Assembly (NCBI GenBank): GCA_951406725.2 | Contig: OX597817.1 | Coordinates: forward strand, 126,976,001 to 127,040,000 | Direction: 5' to 3' | Length of the DNA: 64,000 nt | Source of the DNA: Octopus vulgaris | Taxonomy: Eukaryota | In this document: positions 54,205 through 64,000 of the stretch, piece after piece | How positions within the stretch are numbered: the first letter of the stretch is position 1 | How the letters are laid out: each line of letters opens with the position of its first letter | Translations under genes and position numbers: made by a program | The notes under the pieces: model-generated | What the model saw: only the letters and a program-made list of their open reading frames with translations | What the model was told of the DNA's origin: nothing | The model's database searches: none

Positions 54205-54543
54205 TATTTTTGAATGTTTTGATCAAAATTTCTGAAAATTTTTCTGAAAATTTCCATCAAAATTTTGGAAAGTTTTGTGAAACTTTTCATTAGAAGTTTT
54301 GAAAAGATTTTTGAAAATTTCCATCAAAACTTTTGAAAAGATTTTTGAAAATTTTTATCAAAAGTTTCGAAAAGTTTTTTTAAAATTTTAATCAAAATTT
54401 TAGAAAAACTTTTTTAAATTTTCATCAAAATTTCTGAAAATTTTTTTGAAAATTGTCATCAAACTTTTTGAAAGTTTTCCGTCAAATTTTCATCAAAATT
54501 ATGGAAAAATTTTCTCAAAATTTTGCTCCAAACATATACAAAT
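54205..54543 (-). repeat. Inverted copy of the A/T-tract module, bounded by a 13-bp direct repeat
   Basis: tttgaatgttttgatcaaaatttctgaaa... aligns to the reverse complement of ~50600-50920; atatacaaataga at 54192-54204 and 54544-54556. Confidence 0.8.
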
Positions 54544-57500
54544 ATATACAAATAGAGGTTGTGAATATTGACTACTTTAAACAAGTTTATTGCTTCTGTC
54601 AAAGGTTTCGATAGAATTATCACATAGAGTCAAGGTGATGCACGAAATCAAGAATATAGAGCATGCATCAGTGTTACTTGACATTACATGCACAAACTAC
54701 TGAAAACATGGACGACATATTTGTTGACTGTTGTCGGTGATATAGAGGAATGAACGATTTCCTGTTATCATATAGTATGTTTTGGAAAAAATCACATGCA
54801 TTCGTTTACAAAAGTAAGCTCTGTTCCGGCTATATTTAGTCAGAGCTGTGTGAATTGCTACGTTGCTTTATAAACGAAAATACATATATTGAGGGAGAGT
54901 GATTTCTATGCATCAAATATTTCAGATAGTCACGCATTGACCACTTAACGGACCAATATCGTCCGAATAGATAATTTGTGAAATACACATTACCAACTAT
55001 ATCATCATAGGAATTCCTTCATTTCCAATAAAAAAATAACAAGCATAATTACATCCTTGCAAACACGTTCAAAACGCCGATGTCTTTAATTAAAATAATA
55101 TAAGATTTTAAGAATGCAATAAATATTTAAATTACGCTAATTTTATTTGAGCACACAACTTGGAAAATAGCATACTCACCACTTGTCAAACATTCTATAG
55201 AATAATTAAATTTTGAACTTAATTTATTATTTTGGGGGAATTAGTTTAATACATTTGAAAACAAGTGAATTTTGTTAAGTTTTCTTGAAAGTGATTATGG
55301 TTTTAAGGATGTTGTATAAGGATTTTCTTTAGTTAAAGTTATTTTTATAGATATTAGATTTCTAATTACATAAAAGTAGCTAAAATTAATGAAAATAACG
55401 CACGAAATTCGAAAACGAGTTTGAGGAACGTACTAATAGCGACCATAAATTACCATTAATCTTTAATCAAACTGGTTTTATTTATATTGACAGTGAACGG
55501 TAAAACTGTTTCTATTTATGTAAAATTCTATTTTCCAAAGACATAAATGTGTCAGAATTACCTGCAATAAATACAAATGTGCCTTGTGTATTTTTTGGTA
55601 AGGAATAGTGACGTGTGCAGAATTAGAATATAAATTTGTACAAATTTATAGAAGACTGAATGTTTTATTTCATTTAATTACAGACCCAGTGTAAACAAGT
55701 ATTTGCGTTGACTTAATTACATCAAAACGGTAAACCAAGTTTGCGTTTTACAAATCTATTGCATTGTTTATTTTTCCAACACCACAAAATATTATCATTA
55801 AGTGGTTTTGTTAAACAGTACGTTGGCAGAAATTCTAAATTACTTCTAAGATAGAATAAGTAATTTTCAGCATAATATATATCAAAGGTAGTATCTGTAA
55901 TTCCCGTCTTAACTATAAAGCTCGCTTTTATGCCTGAAAAAATAATGCTGTTATAAAAATGTAGATAGATTATATAACGCATTTGTCTTTCATTTTTTTT
56001 TAGAGTGAAGAAACCTCTTTCAAATTCCCCTGAGAGAATGTTCGACGTAATTAACGATGTTCTCGAATAAAGAAAAATTTGCGACTTCAGAAATGTCTCT
56101 CGAAAGGAAGAATTCCACAGCGTGGTGTGTACGAATTAGAGAGGACACGCAGGTTAGACATAATATAAGTGGCAGGGAATGTTAAAAATGTTAGTAATAT
56201 ATGCTCGATTTGAGGATATGTGAAGACGAAATGTCATATGCTTGCTACAGATGCCAGATTAGTCGGCAATTCAAATATTTAGGCGTACCAAAACCTGTAG
56301 AGAATAACTTGCTAGGATACTACCTTAATTCAGGCTCTTCGGTTTGAAACTCGTGAAATGCTTTCTATTTGACAGTCATCAGCACATTTTTAGCAAAAAT
56401 TGATTTGCTGATTTTTATAGACAAGAACAAATACGCTCATTTCATATGTAGGTCTGATTTAACTTTTGCTGAGGAGACACGAAATAAATTTCATAAACCG
56501 CGGTGCTTCATAGGTCTCCTATATAGAATGAACCTAGTACTATCAACACTCACGTTCTCCGATAACGAGAAAAACAAGATCACTCTCTCACGTCTGAATC
56601 TTCTAGGTCGTAATGTGAACTAACAGATGCGTTATTGTAGTTCATTCATCGTTCTTCCATGATAATAATCACATTCCCGTGAGTATAGCTGTAATGTAGC
56701 AGTCATCATAATATGCATTTACTCAATTTGTTTCTAGGACATATACTGATTTTAAACAACAATAGACATGTACTGTATATATCTATGTAATTATGTACAT
56801 GATGTACATAATTGCCTCTCTCTTGTTATGTCTGTGTACGGTGATTTTTCGAAAGGTAAGGCGAATAATAATATGATAAATACGTGTTTGTTTCACTAGT
56901 TATTAATATTAGCTTTGTTTCGAGAGTGGAAGAACAACTGATCAGTGACGATTGGGACCAGCTTCAAACGAGAAATGTTTTTTGTTTTCGCAAGTATAAA
57001 ACTTCTTCAAATTTGACAATTTGATATTCAGGAAGTGGGATGAAGTTTATGTTATTGTATTAATACCTCATTATGCGTTAAACTAGTTCAGTTACTTCTA
57101 ATCATATAGTAAACCAACAACTATGCTGATGATGCCTAATTACACAGAATTACGTATCCAAAGTTGTCCTACTTGCTCTTCTTTATTCGATAGCATTTTA
57201 ACTAACAGAATATCAAGTTTAAAGATTTCTAAGTTCTCAAGATCATCTCCCCTTCTCAAATGACTTAGATCTGAAATGTCGCAAAAAGATTTCTCTACAG
57301 TGCATGGAAACTGGAATAGTTTCAGTTAATCAAGAATACAAAAACAATGGTACTTGATATACCCGTATTTATTTTCTTATTTATTGCCAGCCACTGAGAT
57401 ATTGTGGCAACCTGTTCCTCAGACGTATTTCACTTCTAGAGAATATTTGTTTCTTGTGGCTACCACCTCTTCTAATTATCGGTTGGTTCCAAGTTCCACC

Positions 57501-60500
57501 CAGCAATTGAAACACAAAAAATTGTAGAATAGATATTGCCAAAGCATAAAGTTTATAATCCGTATGGTAAAATTCACTTATTTGTGTTAGTTATTCCAAT
57601 ACTTGCCAGTAAAACTGACCTGTCGTATTGTCGTCTATAGTACTTCATATACATCAGTATATTTTGTCTTTATCATTTGTCTTTATAGCTCAAATACTTG
57701 ACTAAATTCTATCTGACCCATTTACTTGACTGTTCTAGTGAAGTAAAGTTGTGTTTCATCTTCCAGCAAAGTTATTCTGATCTCTACAACAAATGACATC
57801 TCAATATAGACGCATACAGTTTGTAACATATATAGCAAATTTATACATTGAGAAGCTTATCATAGCCATGAAATTGTGCGTGTGTTCTGTTTGAATTAAC
57901 CGTATTCTATAAACCTTAATCGTTTTCAATAACGAAAATTACACATTTGGATGCCACTGTTGAACATATATAGATGTAAGCACATCACTTACGCCATACT
58001 AACTATTGTATTTCTTTTGCTTCTCCATTGCCTGCCATCTCTCAAATTATGCTAATAATCTACAGTTATAATCATAATACGTTCTAAATCTGATTTATAA
58101 TTGCTAAATAGGTTTATGTGTATACGTGCATGCAATTTTTGGTGTTTGTACACGCACAGAATAACGTGTGTGTATCATTTTCTTATCACAAATCTTGAAA
58201 TGCATCGATAAAAATACCAAAGAGCACATTCGATTTTTTTGAGTAACATAGAGATGATGTCATTTGATACAAATTATCACCTACACTCAAAGGTTATTTT
58301 AGCTTAACCGATTGTTTGATAGCGTTTTACTCACGACCATGCCAACATTTAAGACAAATCACGTATCACGTGACAGTAACAAAATCAGATACTTAAATCT
58401 GCCAGCCTGAATTAAGTTGCCATCAAAATTGCTTCATGTAACTTCGTTGCTATCTTTCAAATGAGAATAAAGGTTATTTTTTTTACCAGAGTGCATTATA
58501 ATGTGAAGACAGAAATTACACGATGGATGTTGAATGACGGCAATTAAGATACTTTCCTTTCAGGCGAATTTCATATAGTACTGACTGATTTACCTCCACA
58601 AACTGAAACTGATTATTATTTATAAAATGATTATTATTTATATGGAGAAAAAACTTGTATACATATTATACGCAAGTATTCTGTATGTATTACCAGATAT
58701 GTTAAAATACACATGCCTCTCAGAGCAGGACATTTGCACAACTCCCCTTGGACCTGTACATGATGCGTTTCATATTCCAACAGGCTCTCAATACCAATGA
58801 CATTATTGTAGATATTGTACTTTCTTTCCCCAGACGACTTATATAAAGCTTTCTTGAAATGTATTTCCAATAACCATACATAATTTCAAAGGTTGCCGTG
58901 TGGCATATATTGAATTCTTCTTTATGTGGAAGTAAGTAATTATCGATAGCATTTTCGTTCCAATTCCTCCAGGAAATTTCCAAAAGCAACATGACTTGCA
59001 TATTGCCAAACAAACAAACAGGAACTTTACAGTAGTATTGGAATCAGGTTTTACATTATACCCAAATAAGAAATAAAATATAATAATTAGTTTGTATTTC
59101 ATGTCAAATATTCAAAATAAGGCAAATATTATTTATTATTCAAAATATCTCTTTTATGAATGTTATTTGTTTCTGAATTTTCCTCTTTGAGATAGGAGTT
59201 ATAATATCATCTCAAGGAATGTGAAATTTGGGACCATGTTATACATCCGTCTCTTCATTTTATTGGTAGAAGAAATTAAATAGATTCCAGACAGTATTAA
59301 ATGTATATGACATAAAGTGAATTAGCTAGCACTGATCACGCACGTTATTCTGAACCCGTATCAATTATTGAGATGCATTTTAGAGATATTGATAATGTAT
59401 ATGTCAATTGAGCAAATTTTAAACAAAAATTTCAGTTTCATAATCTATAATGTCAACATAAATATTATAGATTCATCTATTATTATTTAATCTATTTTCT
59501 TTTATTTAGAAACACAGATTTCTTTCATTCATACGTTAAAACTCATATACATATATATAATTGTTCGATTGGTTCAAATATTTTTTGGCATTCGAAATCA
59601 TATTGGAAATAAGATCAATTCAATAGGTAAAAAACTTCCACTTCAAAAATACATTAATAGATGCAACCATTTTAGAAATTGCTTTTAAGTCCAAAATTAA
59701 CAAATATATCTCTAAAATGATGTTTAATATTCGAGAATTTACTAAGATGAGATGCCACTGAAAATATAATTGCTACATATCGTTTATTTATAAAACATTC
59801 ACGAAGTACTATCGGATTGCGATTACCTTTTATTCAATATTTTTAAAGTCATTTGTGTTTATCCGCTTGAGTATTCTGATAATGTGCAATGAAAATTTTA
59901 AAATATAACTGTAGGATTAACTAATAAATAAAACTTCTATGCATTTTATTATATAAATGAGAATGAAATAACTTAAAAGTATGAATTCTTAATTTCCAGG
60001 TTCGCAGAATTTTAAGGGAATCGGCGAAATTTTTATGACATTCAATGCGATTTTTACGTTCCGAGTTTAGATCCAGCTGAGATAAACATTGCGTTTTTCT
60101 TTCTGAAGGTCACTATACTAAAGAACCACTAAGAGTTCCGACACTTTCTGGCTGACTAGACGCAATGTGGCCAGGCACTGGTGTACCAGAATGCCGTACT
60201 TCATTAATCGAATGTGATTATCAAAGGAATTTGTTTTCCGATGACATACACTAAACCTGCCATGCAAATAACTGCTCCATATTTTGCTCTACACAGTGCA
60301 AATAATACTTTTTTACATTTTAAGTGTAAAAAAATATGTGATACTCAATATGTAATTGAAATAGTAACACGCATGTTCTTGGTTATCCAGATGCAAACGT
60401 GGATTTTTAAATGATTTATATTGAGCATTGTTGTTATTGAAAACTGTTTCTTTTCATGTTATGTTGCAAATTTGTTATTGACTAAATAATGATAGGTCTG

Positions 60501-61676
60501 TCCTTTCTATAATTTATGTAGTATATATTCTGACCGTTGTTATGTAGATTGGGATTTGTTTGAGGGCTTATCAGCATTGAGATTAAACCATGTTTCCCTA
60601 GATACTGTAATTACGACTCAATCATTCTCTCATTTTTATTCTGATATCCATGTCATTCCTTTAAAATCTTGCAAGACTTTATATTAGCTCATTATATTAA
60701 GAGTTCTTTAGGTGTTCATTGGCAATGCGGTTACCTTTTGTTTCCCTAATATATTGTTGAATATCTCTTATATGTTACTGGTTCAGTTACTTCCCATCAA
60801 TGTTAATGCTGGTGGATTCCTTTGTGATGCACGATGTCATTTTGTTTGCTCCCAATGTGTAACGTTGACGGTATAATTCTTTATTTTTAATCGTGTATAT
60901 GTTTGAATGTTTTATACAGATTAAACAATCATCGTATATTTGTGCTGTTGCCTTTTCTTTCTTTCTTGTCTTGTGAGTCTTATCATATTTTAAATTTAGA
61001 TAAATTTTCTCTTAACTAGTGAGATTTCATCGCAATTCTATGTTGTATGTTGTTTATAATGCTAGATCAGTTACTTCGAATGTTTTGTTTTCTTTGCAAT
61101 GTTCACTTTGGCTATAATTTTGTTTATTTCTATTGTTTTCAAAAGTGTCGTTGTTTCCTACAAATCTCCGTACGTTCGCTGATGTTTCAGTTTCAATTCT
61201 TTCCATTAATTACTTTGTTTATTCTTTATCGTTGCTCATACATCTCTTTTATAATAATTAGCGCACGTGTATTACTTCAATATTGCTTTTATCAGTCTAG
61301 TATTTACTTTTGATATACTTTTTAAATCGAATGCCGATATTAAAAGACGCCGCCTTTCTGCTTCGGATTAAATGCCTAAGAAACACAACACTTCAAATAT
61401 GTATAACGGATTCTTCTTTTGCTGGACATAATTCGATAAATCTATTAATTTAATAATGGCTACATTCTTTAGTGATTCATTTATCACTGGCTATATTATA
61501 TTTTGTCGAGTTTAAACACTGTAGGATTTAATTCAATATTCTGTATTTCACTTTGCTGACTTTGTACTTAAAATGTATTTCATTTAATTTCCATTCCCCA
61601 GGAGTTGTTTTCTTTCTCTGTAAAATTGTTCTTAAGAAGTGTACACAAAAATGATTATAACTATCAGTCGAATATA

Positions 61677-61815
61677 CAGTAATGCTTCTATATACGAGTT
61701 AATTCTCTTCTGCAGAACGCTCGTAAAGCAAAAACTCGTAAACAGAAAATAATACTAGTAAAACCCGTAAACCAGGGTCTCGTAAAGCGGGTTCTCATAA
61801 AGTGAGGTGTTACTG
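61677..61815. mobile_element. Tigger/pogo-like MITE (~140 bp)
   Basis: TA|cagtaatgctt ... gaggtgttactg|TA termini with internal repeated ctcgtaaa motifs. Confidence 0.6.
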
Positions 61816-62391
61816 TAATACCTGTTGCGTTGATTTATTTCCTTGGACACGAGTTTCACTCCACTCTGTCTTGGTTGTCCTGCATTGTGATTTTTTTACG
61901 CATGGTATATATCATCTTGATCAAATCGGTAACTTGGAGGACATAAATTATTCGTGAATAAAGACTAAATAATATATACGTTATAATATGCAACCGACTA
62001 GAAGACGTGTGTCGATTATCTGCTGTCAGTTGCATCAAGCACACTTGGAATTATGCACATGTGAATGCTCTTAAGGGGGTAGAGGATCAGCCACTAATTC
62101 ATTTGGTGGCTTCTCCATAGTTATTCCTGCAGAGATTCTTTTATTTTTGCATATTATTCAGTTTTGTTTTATGTAAGTATATATATATTACAGAGTTTTC
62201 AGTAATCTCTGCATTTATTTACGAAATATTAATATTCTCAAAGTGCAAAGATTTTACAGTGGCATGCATCATTATATAATGATATATACACCCCCTCACA
62301 AGTTCCTGTGCGATTTCTGTGACGTGATTTGTGTAAAAGGAGAATTTCTGTTGGCAAATGAAAGCATCATTATATTACTATTATTATTCAT

Positions 62392-62557
62392 GATTGGCAT
62401 TATTTCGTCCGTCTACATGTTCGAAGTTCGAATTCCTCAGAGATCGACTTTGCCTTTCATCCTTTCGAGTCGACAAATTAAGCCCCAGAGAAACTCTGGT
62501 GTCAATGTATTCGACTAAACCCCCTCCCACAAAAATGTCAACTTTTGTGCCTTTGGA

Positions 62558-62558
<1 letters not shown>
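62392..62558 (+). mobile_element. SINE family A, 5'-truncated
   Basis: gttcgaattcctcagagatcgactttgcctttcatcctttcgagtcgacaaattaag; runs into (ATT)n. Confidence 0.75.
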
Positions 62559-62735
<177 letters not shown>

Positions 62736-62736
62736 C

Positions 62737-63456
62737 ATTGACTGAAAGAGCAGTGCATGCCATTAAAGTGACAATGGGGTAAAGTATACGAAGCTTAGTA
62801 TATCCATCATGACTACCTGTCTGATAAGTGTACACCAGGCACATGCATCACAACCATATGTGCGCGACATGGTGATCTCATGTCAAGATAAACAACGCAT
62901 GACATTTCAGGAGGGACCTAGTTAGAATTTTCTTCTGGCCGAGTAACCCATCCCGTTCAAAAGGATTTTTTAAATATTTTGAACGAACCACCCATGTTTT
63001 CAAAGGTGATTTGTCCAAACCTCTAAGAATTCCTTTCAACACACGGCTATCATGCTCTCCTACTATTACTGCTCGTTATCAGAGATGCACATATCGTCAG
63101 CCACTAAGAGACATGCTCAACTGGTTAAGGTCAAACAACTGACAAGCTAATCTGTGGTGTTGAGAAGAGAATATTTGCTGTAGTCCGTCTTTTATACCAA
63201 GACAAACGAATGTACATGATAACATTTCCAATCAATTAAGATCAACAGCCATGAGAGCCACTGTCTGGTACTGTGGTTTACTGTGATGCTCTTATGGTTA
63301 CTGTATTGAATGTGTTTAGCGTAGGATGTGTGCAGTGCCCGGTAGTGCAAATTTCTGTATGTTATATATATTTGTAAGTCCTGGTATATTTGTTATGTAT
63401 TTTTCCCAACATTTTTTATCATACCTAATGTACCCACTATGATAGGAATTGATTCT
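62737..63456 (-). mobile_element. 5'-truncated Dong/R4-type non-LTR retrotransposon (ORF C-terminus plus 3' UTR) inside (TAA)n
   Basis: Minus strand SIPIIVGTLGMIK, frameshift, KYITNIPGLTNIYNIQKFALPGTAHILR: the characteristic end of RLE-type R4/Dong ORFs. (TAA)n on both flanks. Confidence 0.8.
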
Positions 63457-63457
63457 T

Positions 63458-63513
63458 TATTATTATTATTGTTGTTGCTGTTGTTGTTGTTGTTTTTGTT
63501 ATTATTATTGTTA

Positions 63514-63574
<61 letters not shown>
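63458..63574. repeat. (ATT)n/(GTT)n microsatellite
   Basis: Tandem att and gtt. Confidence 0.95.
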
Positions 63575-63575
<1 letters not shown>

Positions 63576-64000
63576 TCCGTTATCATCTTCATCACCGTTA
63601 ACATCATCATCAACAATAATGGTATTGATAGTCGACTTAGTTGTACGTGTAGAAACAGGCTTCTGTTGCAGCAGAAATATTTGTAACTGTGATTTGCTCA
63701 TACAACAATTAAAGTGCCATCAACAAGATGTAGATTGATACGCAACTGAAGCTACGTCTATTAAGGAAGCATTTAATGATCCTTATTTGATAGGTGAAAT
63801 ATCACCCTGAGTATATTAGTGCCAGCATTAATGTAGCATGCTTTGAATGTTCAAAAGAAAACAGACACATTCTGCATGTGCTGGTTGCAAATACAGCCGT
63901 TAAGACATAGAATTGTTGAAAATTTATAATGCATTACAAAGGAATACTAGAGGATATGGAATATTGGTAATCCTTGAATATCTGTAAATCTATAGAACTT

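Noticed and set aside
55990-56640. Possible decayed CR1/L2-type LINE end on the minus strand (TLWNS-like patch)
   Set aside because: One short motif only; no continuous reading frame to support it.
59995-60130. Very degenerate family A SINE-like sequence (also ~3450-3530, ~7795-7885, ~39880-40030)
   Set aside because: Probably old copies, but too diverged to set boundaries by eye.

Overview
AT-rich eukaryotic non-coding DNA with no intact protein-coding gene that I can support. Most ORFs in the track are microsatellite read-throughs or decayed transposon frames. The tRNA-derived SINEs, dense (TA)n/(ATT)n/(GATA)n tracts and repeat mix best fit an octopus (coleoid cephalopod) genome; this rests on repeat recognition, not a database search. 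The window holds several SINE families, two DD37D (maT) and several mariner relics, RTE LINE fragments, a Dong/R4-type retrotransposon end inside (TAA)n, a non-autonomous Helitron, MITE/foldback hairpins and Penelope-like (PLE) remnants. Four signals stand out. (1) A 591-bp non-coding unit with 79-bp direct repeats carries a type I hammerhead ribozyme with an intact core (38828-39497), resembling a retrozyme or PLE pLTR. (2) About seven further degenerate minimal hammerheads occur, mostly near (TA)n tracts. (3) A young 3.1-kb palindrome has ~1.04-kb near-identical arms (49260-52371). (4) An A/T-tract minisatellite module occurs in that palindrome's spacer and again, inverted and bounded by a 13-bp direct repeat, at 54192-54556.
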